A stretch of DNA of 64,000 bases from Podarcis cretensis (lineage: Eukaryota): positions 75,702,001 to 75,766,000 of the forward strand of contig OX638149.1 in NCBI GenBank assembly GCA_951804945.1, given 5' to 3'. Shown in pieces: positions 1-12,236 of the stretch. A program made the translations under genes and the position numbers. The first letter of the stretch is position 1; each line of letters starts with the position of its first letter. The notes below the pieces were generated by a model. It saw only the letters and a list, made by a program, of their open reading frames with translations, had not been told where the DNA came from and ran no database searches.

Positions 1-330
1 TTAACCATTGTCACTGGCAGCGCATTGCAGCTTGCTTCACAATCCAGCAGAGAGCAAACCATTTTTTTTTGTTCAACAGCATATAAGAAAAGTGTAGTAC
101 GGTAGGTATCAGTCCCCTCCCCCAGTATTTCCCACGATGTAAACATCCAGATATGGTGATCCCAAAGTCAATCTTAGGATATCCTGACAGCGTTCAGACT
201 CATCACTGTCTTCCTGCACTGTTTTCACTGTCTCGGAGGTTTCTTCACCCTCCTGCACAGGCTTTGAAAATGGTTGGGCTTGCCATGTGCTTTGCACCAG
301 TGGCACAGCATATGCCCATGCCACCTGAGG
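1..330 (-). mobile_element. Degraded Gypsy-like LTR retrotransposon fragment (Gag zinc knuckle and protease)
   Basis: The minus strand encodes CKAHGKPNHFQSLC (a decayed CX2CX4HX4C) and, further downstream, MVCSLLDCEASCNALP (resembling the LDTGASCNVLP protease motif). It runs off the window edge. Confidence 0.55.
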
Positions 331-1271
331 AGGACGGGATCCAGAGGCCGCCCTCCACGCAGCACAGTCCAGGTGAGGAGAGGGGTAGAGTAGCTGCCAC
401 CAACTCTCCTCCTGCTCTCCACCCCTGGGTCAAACTTGACTTGGGAGCACAGCTGTGGCCAGGCGCAAGCCCCACAGCCAGAAGAGTGGGCAGCAATGTT
501 ACCACCCACTGTCCTCTCTCTGCCCCTGGGACAGACTTGACCTGGGGGTGGAGCTGCCATGGCTGGGCGCAAAGCACACCTCAGCTGAGGAGGGTGGGCA
601 GCGGGCATTGCCACTGACTCTCTTGCTCTCCACCTACGGGTCAGACCTGACCAAGGAACAGAGCTGCAGCCAGGCATGAGTGCCACAGCCCAGACACAGC
701 TCCTTCATGTGTCAGAGCCAGAATCCTATGAAGGAGCTTCTTGTGAAGGCACCTGGTGACACCCCCTTAAAAAATTGCACCCGGGACCAAGTCCCTCCCC
801 AGTCCCCCCACTGCACCACTGCTGTCCACATATGCTAGGTATTTTTATTTATTTATTACTCTTTACATGTTGTTTCCCACAATACAGGCATTGCATTCTG
901 GGTGTCCCTTCACTAGGTTGCATACCCCAGTGTCCTGCATCTGTGTCTCTTCTGTGCCTGCTAATGGTTTAATTCTTGCTTCAAAAGTTCTGCTGCCCTG
1001 CCTATCTCCAGGCAGTGATGCAGCAACAAACAGAAAACCTCTCAGACCCATGCCTGGAAAGCATAGGGCAAAGTGTGGATGAACCCTAAGAGTCAAGCGG
1101 GAGTATCACAAAACAAATAACTTTATTTAAACAAGCTTTCTTTCAACTCCGAACACTCTCTGACCCTCCTGCTCTCTCGCTATACTTTTTGTGCTGATTC
1201 ACTTCTGGGTTATTCACTTCTTAACCCGTTTCTCTCCCTGACTGCTGTCCTACCTCTGACTGTTTCACATA

Positions 1272-1468
1272 CAGTGGTACCTCGAGTTACAGACGCTTCA
1301 GGTTACAGACTCCACTAACCCAGAAATAGTACCTCGGGTTAAGAACTTTCTTCAGGATGAGAACAGAAATTGCATGGCAGCAGCGGGAGGCCCCATTAGC
1401 TAAAGTGGTAACTCAGGTTAAGAACTGACCTCCAAAACGAATTAAGTTCTTAACCCGAGGTACCACTG
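1272..1468 (+). mobile_element. Tc1/mariner-pogo (Tigger-like) MITE
   Basis: TIRs CAGTGGTACCTCG...CGAGGTACCACTG with TA target duplication; four copies in the window. Confidence 0.85.
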
Positions 1469-3389
1469 TATTTTGATACAACCTCCTCCTCCTCCTCCAT
1501 CCCCTTTCCCCCTCTTCCCTTCCCACCCACTATCTCAGCCCTTGCCTTGCCCACCCACTGCCAACAAAATGGGATCCTTCCTCAGAGTGAAGCATTGTGG
1601 GTGAACTTGCCCAGACCATAACTTGGCCTCAACAGCAGCCAAGTACTATTTAAAACTATATAACAACTTTTGAATAGGAGTTTACCGCCACCACAAGCCC
1701 CCATTCTTCCTATGCTTCTATGATGGTTTGGAAAATAAATGCAGAGTGATTTTCAGTGCATATCTGATCACATTCTGGTTATTGTTTCCTTTTTCCTTCA
1801 AAAGATGTAGCCTGCAAGGCAAAAACAGACTTTGTAGTTGGTAAACTCTCGTTGCTCTAGCCCCAATGGCACCTAATAACATTTCTAGCAATTCAATTTG
1901 TGCAAAAAGAATTACAAAATGAGTGAATGAAAACAAAACTCTAGTTGATGACCATATTTGTTATTGAATAAAATAAGAATACTTACAGACTAACAACAGG
2001 TCAACTCAACTGCAACATTCAGTTCAACTGAGCATAAACAGCCCTTCTCAGCTTTCATTTACTACCAAGTTACACAAGTGAAGAAAGAAAGCCTGACTTC
2101 CTGGTTTATACCTAATAGGGACTGTGTAAAAACTATCAACAGGGAGCAGAGCAGTAAAGCTATGAAAGGCTCCAGCAATGATGCAACAGCTACTCTTTTG
2201 CTATTGAAAGAGCCTACAGTATATTCTATGCCAGGGTGATCCAATGTCTGCCACAAGGGCAATAAAACTTTCTGCAAATTAGAGACTGTCCTCTGATCAC
2301 AGAACATTGGCATCCTCCTCTCACCATTGGTGTGCTTGTTCTCTGAGGGTAGCTTGCTGCTCTGCTGTTCCAAGGTTAACAGTGAAAGAGAGGTGGGACA
2401 TTGGTGACTCTGTGACTGCCCAGAAAGCCATTCTGTTGTGCAGTAAACACACAGAACTGTTACTCCATTGCTTCATGGGATCTAAATATCTCTTCCTTCA
2501 CTCTAGCAGATCCACTGAAGGGGAACTGTGCTTTTTCCATATTGGCACAGTTGCTTAAAGTCAGCAATTCTTCCTTTGCAACTGCAGCATGGATTTGACC
2601 GTGTTTCTTTTTTTATTTGGTGCCTTTTTCATATTCAAAAAGTGCCAAATACAAGCCATGTTTGCACACTACCAAGGCAGTACTTCAGTCTCTCTGCTGT
2701 CTCACCTAGATGACTGAGTTGTGTCCAAGACCATAGAGAGTGAAAAATTAATATGATTATTGAAAATTGAAAATTGAGGATTTCCATCCCTCTCCTCCCA
2801 TTCCTCGCAGTCTCCTCCACTTCCCAGGTGGTGAACAGATCCAAGGCAGATTCACAGGATCACCTTTCTTTTGCTATGGTCTGTTTTATTTCTACATCAC
2901 TTTTGGCACAAAGGCCCCCAAAGGAGTGAACGACATTAATGCGAATTACAAAAGAAATAGGCAACAAAAGTATGATACTTATAGCGGGTCAATTGAAACA
3001 ATGTAAAACAGCATCTTTTGGAGGAGAAAGCTCTAGAGATTTGTAATGGGGACATGTTTTGCAATGTCTGTTCACAAATGTTCAAGTTGAAACAGGTAGC
3101 AGGCAAGCTGGCAGGAAGACAAGGAGTTCTGTTCCCAAAGAAAAAGAAAACCCCACTATTTGTTCTTTTCTGCCTGCCAGCTCCCCAAATTAAAAAAATT
3201 TCTGCCTTTCTCTGGTGAAATTCAAACTGCACATGCCGTTCCTTTCAGCTCCACTCTAGGCAATTGGCTACGATACATTTCAGCAACTTAGATATCTACT
3301 GTATACTAGATCCTACGTTTTAGGCTATATACAACCTGAGAGAGCAGAAAGTTTAATAACAAAACAACATACTAGAATATTATAAAATA

Positions 3390-5271
3390 GGGACTTCCGG
3401 GTTAGCGCCAACATCTAATGGCAGATTCCCTCCGATCTCCGGAGGGAATCGGCTCAGTAGGGATCGGGTTCTGCCGCGAAGGCGACGCGGGGACCCTAAA
3501 AAACCACATGTGCGGATGCCTGTGGACGTGGTGACTCGGCGGGCACCATTAGCGCCCCCCCGACCCGCAAAGTAGCCTTTTTAAAGGTTGCGGAACGGAG
3601 GCGGGGAGCGGCGCGGTGCTGAGAGCCCTCTGCTTCCCCTGCTGAGCGAAGCCGCATGCCATGGATGGAGAGCGCTGACTTTTTCCTTCAATATTCGGAC
3701 TAAAAGCAACAACCCGTGAGTAATATGGAAATTGGACTTAAAAGGGAAATTCTTTCTTAAAATTCGGCACGATCGGGGGAAGTGTAAAAAGGAAGTCCGC
3801 CCCCCCCCCGCCTTGTAGATAATCTAGAGCAAGGACCAGCCAACTAAAGTTGGGAGAAAAAGTTGCCTTTTTGGAAGAAAAATTACTATCTTCGCGATTG
3901 GACAGTATATTTGATTTTGCTGGAGGATAAGTATTGGTTTAAATTAAAGTGCAACCCCCCGGGACCTGGGTGCGATCTGTGAAAGAGCCTGCTGGAAAGA
4001 TACGGACTTTGACAGCTGTCAAACTAGCTGTCAAAGTTGGGAAATAAAAGGAAACGTTGCTTTTGGTGATTCTGCTGGCTAGATTTTCTCAGATTTGGAT
4101 TTAATTGTCGGAAGCAAAGGCAAATAAGTTACATTTTGGTCTACTGGATTGAGATTTTAAAGACACTAAGTAAACAGAATCCCCCTAGAGGGGAGTTTTG
4201 GAATACTGCAAGAAATGGCTGTAAGTGGAAAAATACTCGCTGAGCTGAACAGGACTTTTTATCTCCTGGGAAAGTTCCAGGAGCAGAGCAACATCTTAAC
4301 AACAAGGGCAACAGCACTGAATGATACAGTAAACAATCTTGTGGGAACAGGAAGAGACTTGACACAAGTTTTCGTCTCTGAACCAATAGCCCTTGAAGTT
4401 GAAACAGAAACTGCAGCAGCTGGGGAAACGAAGTTTGAAAAATCCCAAGAGACATATGAGGACTTGCTGGAAATTAAAGATGAAGCCACAATGTTGCAGA
4501 AGACACAGCTGGACCAGAGGCCTGGTAGCATAAATTTGATTGAGATGGAAATTGGAGCTTTGGGGACATATAGATTTAAAAGACTTAAGAAACAAAATTT
4601 GAGCTCCATTTTTGAATATAGAGGCCTGCTGGGAAGAAAAATGGACATTATTGGGACAGAGCTTCTTCGAGAGTTGGTGTTGGAAACAAAGGACTGTCAA
4701 AAAGACCGGCAGATAGAAATTGAGAGAGGTTTAAAAGCCTCAGGTGTTTGGGATCCAGGCTGAGAAATGGACGCATTTATGGACACTGGTTTGGGGATCA
4801 AAACCGGGAAAGGGAGGGTGGAAATTGAAAATCCGAAGGGTGATATAATCTGCTTAGATCTTGTTTATATGTTTATTTCTTTATTTATAACTTTTAGGGA
4901 ATGTGGAAAAATCGTGGAAGGGAAATTTGGGCCGACTTGAGGAAAAAGGTTTAAGATTAAGTTAAAATTGGGTTTTTTTAAATTTAAATAGATATAAGGT
5001 TTTAAAAATAAATTGAGGAATGAAAGAAAGAAGAAAAGGAAAATAATAGCATGACATAACAAATTGTTAAGTTTAGGTTGAGAAATAAGATAAGAACTTG
5101 TTGAGTGGATAGTAATGAAATTATAATACAGAAGGGGGAGGTGTGAGGAGGTCGAGGAAATAAGGCTTAAGAGAAAAAAAGGATTGAAATTATACTTGTA
5201 TTTTGTCTGTTTGTGTTTGTGTATTTTTGTGTTTTAATGGAAACTTCAATAAATATCATTTTTTTAAAAAA
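3390..5271 (+). mobile_element. Full-length non-autonomous L1-type retroposon (HAL1-like) with a single non-RT ORF
   Basis: Perfect 16-bp TSD AGAATATTATAAAATA (3374-3389 and 5272-5287). CpG-rich 5' end starting GGGACTTCCGG, ORF at 4215-4763, T-rich 3' UTR, AATAAA at 5248 and a short A tail. Confidence 0.75.
4215..4763 (+). CDS. Retroposon-encoded ORF (182 aa, heptad/coiled-coil-like, possibly derived from L1 ORF1)
   Basis: ATG in a good context (gaaATGg), A-rich coding strand, located inside the TSD-bounded element. No EN or RT motifs seen. Confidence 0.45.
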   Translation: MAVSGKILAELNRTFYLLGKFQEQSNILTTRATALNDTVNNLVGTGRDLTQVFVSEPIALEVETETAAAGETKFEKSQETYEDLLEIKDEATMLQKTQLDQRPGSINLIEMEIGALGTYRFKRLKKQNLSSIFEYRGLLGRKMDIIGTELLRELVLETKDCQKDRQIEIERGLKASGVWDPG

Positions 5272-5400
5272 AGAATATTATAAAATAAAACTTCCTTTCA
5301 AGCGTCTGATCACATTCAGATCACATAAATCAAATATAGATGCACATTTTTCTGACTTTGATTTGGCTGCATAACTTATACATCCAAACTCTCAGTAATT

Positions 5401-5845
5401 CCCGGGCCCCAGGGAAATTAGACTGGCCTCGACTAGAGCCAGGGCCTTTTCGACCGTGGCCCCGGCCTGGTGGAACGCTCTCCCACAAGAGACCAGGGCC
5501 CTGCAGGACTTGACATCTTTCTGCAGGGCCTGCAAGACGGAGGTGTCCTGCCAGGCCTTTGGGCAGGATGCAGTTTTACTTACTTTCCTTTGTATAAAAC
5601 AAGCCCGAAGGAGGCCCCCAACCCGCTCACAGGCCCTTGTATGATCAGTGGAAACAGCTGGTCCTGGCAAGTATTAACCACTCTGAATTCCAATCTGATA
5701 ATTGCCACCTGCCCAGATTTTAACTTGTTTGAATTAATTTTAAGACGTATTTTAATTATTTGATGTCTGTTTTTATGCATATTGTGTGGTTTTTATAATG
5801 TTAGCCGCTCTGAGCCCAGCCTTGGCCAGGGAGGGCAGGTTACAA

Positions 5846-5893
<48 letters not shown>
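5401..5893 (+). mobile_element. L2 LINE 3' fragment with (TTA)n tail
   Basis: Encodes RAFSTVAPAWWNALP, an L2 ORF2 C-terminal motif. Similar to the copy at 16103. Confidence 0.7.
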
Positions 5894-6436
5894 TTACAAG
5901 AGGAGACCTTCCATTCATGGAAGAGACACTCTGGGTCTAAGCACCTAGATTTATCAGGTTATTAAAACTGATTGGACCTGAGTTGTGTAGAAATTATCCA
6001 TTTGGTGTTGGACTGGAGGAGATATCTGAGGTCTTATCAAGGGAGCAGCATGGTAAGAGGCAGGAAGTCGCTCAAGCAAGTGTATTCATTTATAAACGCC
6101 TAATTATTATTATTTAAATACAAGGCCAGGGAATCAAGGGCTAGAAAGACTTGTGGTGGCAGGTTGCAATTATGGAGGCATCCTGCCAATACACAGAAGC
6201 ACTCTCATTAGTACTGTTAGGTTCAGAAGCCTGGGACACAGAACTTAGATGCAGACTCCATTTGCTAAACAAAGAGCATTTACTGCAGAGCACTTTCCTT
6301 GCTGGGTTGCATACAGACTGGAGTTCTTGCTTCCAGAACTCCCAAAAGTCCTGGGGTGGACTAAGCTTGCTTAGGCCAGAGCATTCTGGAATGCTGGTCT
6401 GGATCACTGACTGGATCCGCTCAGTCCTTACAAGTA

Positions 6437-6662
6437 CAGTGGTACCTCGGGTTACATACGCTTCAGGTTACACACTCCGCTAACCCAGAAATAGTGCTTC
6501 AGGTTAAGAACTTTGCTTCAGGATAAGAACAGAAATCGGGCTCCGGCAGCACAGTGGCAGCAGGAGGCCCCATTAGCTAAAGTGGTGCTTCAGGTTAAGA
6601 ACAGTTTCAGGTTAAGTACGGACCTCCGGAATGAGTTAAGTACTTAACCCGAGGTACCACTG
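6437..6662 (+). mobile_element. Tigger-like MITE (same family)
   Basis: Same TIRs and TA flanks. Confidence 0.85.
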
Positions 6663-9600
6663 TATAGCATTGAATGAGAGTCAGAAGGTCAGATACCAGA
6701 CACAGCAGATGCTGTTGCTACCAAAGGAGAACTCATAGCCATTGCAGTCAAGCCTTCCTGTCCAAGTAGAGACAATGGACATCCTGGGAGGATAGGAGGA
6801 CTTCACTGTCCTGGGTGCATCCCATTCTGTAGCCCAGAAGAGGCTCAAGCCCTCCTGCAACCCTCTCTCAAAACTCTCTTGCTGTTTGCAAAATGTAGCG
6901 TGCACTGAGAAAATTGACAGCGTTCCTCTGGCAAACCACAAGAGGCTTTTGAGAACCCTGCCTCGTTCCAGTATCTTCCTAACGTCTTGGATGTTAATGA
7001 AATGATAGCCAGCTTTTGCATTCCCAGCATTGCAACGATTCCAGAAATGAGCCACCAGAGTTTGAATTCAGTATTTATATTTCTAAATGAAGGATTAAGT
7101 GGTTTTATAGAAGGATTTAATCTGCAGATGTAGAGATAGCATGATTTATGTCCTAATCAGAGTTATTTGGAGGGGGAGGGCCCCAGTCATTTCAACAGAA
7201 TTTATTTCCAATGAAGTATATTTAGGATTGAAGTTGGGATTGTGTACTTAAAGGACCCGATCCATCAGGAAGTTTGCCTGTGCAACCCTTCCCCCCCCCC
7301 AATTGAAATGAATGGGAGCTGTCTTAAGAGTACCACCTTGCTCTTGCACGGTGCCTGCTCATTTCAAAGGAGCTGTATGTGTGTGTGCCTTTCACATTTT
7401 GCATTGTGTCACACTGAAATCTGAACACAACATGACAGGAACAAGTCTTTGGGGTGATGCTTTGAGGAGGAAATTGTCTATTATATGCTGCCCTGACTTA
7501 TGCCAGCCTGTCACATTAGAATCTCATTCTCCATTCCCCCCAAATGAAGAAGTCACATATCCTCTTGAATGCAAAATACACAAAAATGATTATCAAGCAA
7601 CACATTGATACTGACAAGTCCTATCCAACCCACGAAAGGATTTCTCTGCAGGATGAATGTCTTTTTTTGACAGGTATATTGGGAGGGCTTCTTAGAGGGA
7701 GAATTTCTCCAAGAGTGTTTCCCCCCCCCCTTCAAAGTGCTGAAGCAGCAGCAGCACCAGGAAGAAGTTGTACTTCTACACAACTTTAAAAAGTAGTGGA
7801 GCCTCTCTGTCTTTCAGGCCTTTTTCACCTGGCTTGGGAGGGCAGGGCCCTGACTGACTCTAGCTACAAAAGGTGAGGCTGCTGAACAGACTCTCAGGCT
7901 GGGGTTTATGGAATTTTGTTGTGGGTTTTCTTTTTTGTTGTTGTTGCCGTTGGGGTTTTTTTGTACCTTTATTTTAGATCTTGCTGTGATTTGTGTGGAA
8001 ATTGTTCCGTTCCGTTGTGTGTTTTTTTAAAAATGTTTTATTTATTGTTTACGACTACTTTTACGCTTTAGTTGATGGGGTTTTTTTCCATGCTGTAAGC
8101 CGCCTTGAAAGGTGGAATAGAGATAAAATTATGTCTCTCTGTGTGTTTTGCTTTTCACATTGGCAGTTAGTACTGAATGTTGATTTTCATGGCTTTTTGA
8201 ACATTAGAGGGCACTAAAGAACCACAAATAGTCACTTAGAGCCAGAGGCTACTGTTAGCTAAGTACATTTCTCTTGAAATCTCTGCACAAAGATTGAAGC
8301 ATAAAATCATAGAAATGTAGAGCTGGAAGGGGATCACAAGGATGTGACACGAACATAAAGACTTGCCATGACCGGATCATAATCCATCAAATGACCAGAA
8401 GAAGAGGAAAATCTCAACCCAGCAGGGAAAAGATGTCACTGATGGCATCAGGTGCGTCTCACTTAGGAGACCATTCCACAGACAGGGGAGGGGGGAGGGG
8501 CACAAAGGCAATTTGCAATGCCTTATGCACACATACCTGAGAGATTTAAGCTTGTTGGTGTCTCTGGTATGTCTCTCTCTTTCATTAAGGGTGTTTGCTT
8601 GTGCTGTGGATGTTTATTCTGTATTGTTTTGTTGATACTGTTGCTGCAGTTTTGTCATGGCATTTAGAACAATAAACCTAGGAACTAGAACATATATACC
8701 CGAGAGTTTCATTGAACTCAATGGTGCTTACTTATGAGTAAACGTAAGATGGTGCTTCTAATTATTCATTCATAGATTCAGTGTTGGTGTATGTTAGCTC
8801 GAGATATGGCTAATTCTGGAACTCAGAAAATTCTGAATGCAAATCATTTGAAATTTAACAAGAGCGAGGTTTCTTTCTTCAGCAAGAATAAAAGGAGGAA
8901 AGTGTCTCAGAGAATGACCAGAGGAGACCAAAAGGAGATATCTCTCTCTCTCTCTCTATCTGTTGTATGGAAAGAAGGGATTTCAAAAGCAACATATAAT
9001 TTTTCAACACTTTAAAGTATTGTGACATGAGAAACTTTGCCTACCTCTCATTTTTCCAATCTTAAGCTCAGTCCTCCAATTTTCCACACGTTTGTGATTT
9101 TTTTTAATTAAAAAAGTCCTCATGAGACTCCATTAGCATTTTAATATGAATTTCTTATAATATGCCAAATTTTCTATGCAATTTTGCCTAATATACACAT
9201 TTTTGGAAAGCAATTTCCCTGAATGCATCTTTGTACATTATTTTTGCTTATAGGTACATTTTTATGCACAATTTGTTCTGGTGTCTGCATTTTTGTAAAC
9301 ATTACTTGGCTGTAGAGCTGCCTTTCAAAACTCCACTACATGAATCTGGAAGGAGGACTACGTTTGGATATGTGTAATGTTGCGGATAGTGTGACTGAAG
9401 TAGGTTAATCTTTAAATGAGAAGTGAATCAAATTTCTTCCCCATCCCAACCTACCACCAACCCCGCTTTTTATATAACTAATAAAGCTACACCAAATTGT
9501 CTTCTGTTGCAATTAGTCATATAACAAAATATACACTGGCTACTTAAACCATGTACTCATAGCAAAAGAAGGAGGAGGAGGAGGAGGAGGACACACCAAA

Positions 9601-10072
9601 AAACCAATTATTCCACATTTAAACTGGTACAATATATGTGTATTTGCATTAGTGAAGTGATAATGCCCCCTAAATCCCACACACGCATTTCAAGGGGACA
9701 CTTTGGGGGATATTTCTGAGATTGGAGGGATGGTGAAAATATTAACCGATTTTGGAAAATGGAAATTTTATGAGGTACAACAGTGCTTTGTGATGTAGTA
9801 GCAAATCTTGAAGTGCAGGAGCTCATCATGACAGCCCTCATGAGTCCAACAAATGCATGCAGCTGTGTTGATCTATTGACACACACACAAAGAGTGCTGG
9901 TATGTAGGATAAAACCCTATTTATTAAGATTATCAGCGGACAGTGATCGAATTGTAAGCTGGTAAAAGGGGGCATAATGTTGGAATTTGGCTAGGGAAAC
10001 ATGGGGTCATGTCCCAGATCAGTCGACCATGTGGACTGCACTCCTATGCATCGTCTCCTGGGACTGGCAGTA

Positions 10073-10298
10073 CAGTGGTACCTCGGGTTACAGACGCTTC
10101 AGGTTACAGACTACGCTAACCCAGAAATAGTACCTCGGGTTAAGAACTTTGCTTCAGGATGAGAACAGAAATCACGCAGCAGTGGCACGGCGGCAGCGGA
10201 AGGCCCCATTAGCTAAAGTGGTGCTTCAGGTTAAGAACAGTTTCAGGTTAAGAACAGACCTCCAGAACAAATTAAGTTCTTAACCCGAGGTACCACTG
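10073..10298 (+). mobile_element. Tigger-like MITE (same family)
   Basis: Same TIRs and TA flanks. Confidence 0.85.
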
Positions 10299-11071
10299 TA
10301 AGCTCAACGGTGCATAGGTTCAAGACCACATTAGAGCTTCCACCAAAAAATATTCAGCTTCCTGAAAGGCATCCTTTAAGCTTTTGATTAGAAATGCAAA
10401 GAATCTCGCAAGGAGGCATTATAATTTAAACTGATAGCATGAAATAGGCAAGAAGCATTGAGCCTTTGTTTATTTTCCTCCTTCCTCCATGCTAATCTGC
10501 CACAAACAAGAGTAACTCTTGAAAGCCTCATTATCACCTCACTTGCCGCAGCAAGGAGAATCCATCAGTTACCCCAGTTCTCCAGCAGATGACACCCTCA
10601 AGCCTGCTCTGAAAAACATCCCAGAGCTGTACTCCTTTCCTCCTCGCTCAGCTCATGTTCCATAATAAGACAGGCAGGGATAGCAGCCTCTTCCTCCTCC
10701 ATTCCCTAAACACTTTGCTTGCGGGGGTGGAACTCCTTTCCACAGGCCTTTCTGATGGCTGGTATTCCCCACCACCACCACAAAATTAGGCCACATCTTA
10801 ATATAGTATAATTCTGGGAGCATTATACAGGGGAGAGGGGTGGCTGCCAGCAGGGGCTGTCTCTGCAATCCACAATGCCTTTGAAATAGCATGGCATGTA
10901 CTGATTTGGTGTTGTTCCAAGGGAGCATTGTAAGTTGTGGGAGAATGGAAACACAGAGGAGTTCCACCGCTACAGCCAAAAGTATGGTTATGGAAAGACG
11001 GGGTGGGGTTGGGGCAGGGGGTTCTCTGTTTTTATTCCAAGTCAGTCTCCACCCCAAAAGCTTTGCTAATT

Positions 11072-11586
11072 TAAAGGTAAAGGTACCCCTGACCGTTAAG
11101 TCCAGTCACGGACGACTCTGGGGTTGTGGCAGTGGCGTAGCATGGGTTGTCAGCACCCGGGGCAAGGCAAGTAATTTGCACCCCCTAACCCGTGGATTTG
11201 CGCCCCCTAACCCTAACCCCCAGATGTTGCGCCCGGTGCGGCCGGCCCCCCCTGCACCCCCCACGCTACGCCACTGGGTTGTGGCACTCATCTTGCTCTA
11301 TAGGCCGAGGGAGCCGGCGTTTGTCCACAGACAGCTTCTGGGTCATGTGGCCAGCATGACTAAGCCGCTCCTGGCGAACCAGAGCAGCACACGGAAACGC
11401 CGGTTACCTTCCTGCTGGAGCGGTACCTATTTATCTACTTGCACTTGATGTGCTTTTGAACTGCTAGGTTGGCAGGAGCTGGGACCAAGCAATGGGAGCT
11501 CACCCCATCACAGGGATTGGAACAGAGGACCTTCTGATTGGCAAGCCCTAGGCTCTGTGGTTTAGACCAAGCACCACCCACGTCCC
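11072..11586 (-). mobile_element. Sauria (Squam1) SINE, older copy, interrupted by a hAT MITE
   Basis: (AAAGGT)n tail on the + strand at the left end; tRNA-like head ending cgtccc at the right end; homologous to the copies at 46-51 kb. Confidence 0.85.
11130..11276 (+). mobile_element. hAT-type MITE (147 bp) with internal CCCTAA units
   Basis: TIR CAGTGGCGTAGC/GCTACGCCACTG with 8-bp TSD GGTTGTGG. Confidence 0.9.
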
Positions 11587-11755
11587 TCCTTTTGATAATT
11601 TCGCTTCCCTCAAATAACTCTGAATTTCACCCCCACTCCAATCTGAAAATTAAATTCTCACTTAAGAACTTCTGGCTCTATATGGAGATAATGTCAAGTG
11701 CAGAAAACACAGTAATCTGGAATGGGCCTAAGAGGGTGGAGGCCAAGAATGTAAC

Positions 11756-11789
<34 letters not shown>
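11756..11789. repeat. (ATT)n microsatellite
   Basis: Direct reading of the sequence. Confidence 0.95.
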
Positions 11790-11889
11790 GCATTTCACCC
11801 TGTGTGCAAATAGAGACAGCCTCAAGAAGCAGACACAATACTGACCACCTAAATGTGGCTTTCACAGAATGCAAAGACATTTTAAAGGG

Positions 11890-11891
<2 letters not shown>

Positions 11892-11929
<38 letters not shown>
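11892..11929. repeat. (AT)n microsatellite
   Basis: Direct reading of the sequence. Confidence 0.95.
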
Positions 11930-11931
<2 letters not shown>

Positions 11932-12093
11932 TAAAGGTGCTATTTATACTGGACCCCACTTTTAGTGGGCAACTACCTTTCCTGAGGAGGGTAGAAAAAA
12001 TATCTCCAAGAGCGCACTTCAGGCCATATTGAGGCTGTACTTGGGGGCCAGTACTTAGGGGCTAGTCGCTCGGCTACCTCTCCAATTCTCTTG

Positions 12094-12236
12094 ACAGAAT
12101 CACAGACTTGTAGCATTGGAAGGGGCCACAAGAGTCATCTAGTCCAACCCTCTGCAATGCAGAAATCTTTCTCCCAACATGGGGCTCAAACCCACAACCC
12201 TGAGATCAAGGGCCTCATGTTCTACCGACTGAGCTT
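12094..12236 (-). mobile_element. SINE with tRNA(Lys)-like head and CR1-type 3' end
   Basis: The minus strand reads AGCTCAGTCGGTAGAACATGAG...GGGTTTGAGCCCCATGTTGGG (A and B boxes), followed by the CR1 tail GGTTGGACTAGATGAC...TGATTCTG. Confidence 0.6.

Noticed and set aside
10891-11448. 185-aa ORF, and its partial twin at 29865-30281
   Set aside because: A chance read-through across a SINE and the MITE; the shared peptide is just MITE sequence.
12175-12236. tRNA-Lys gene
   Set aside because: Degenerate and fused to a CR1-type tail, so it is a SINE head.
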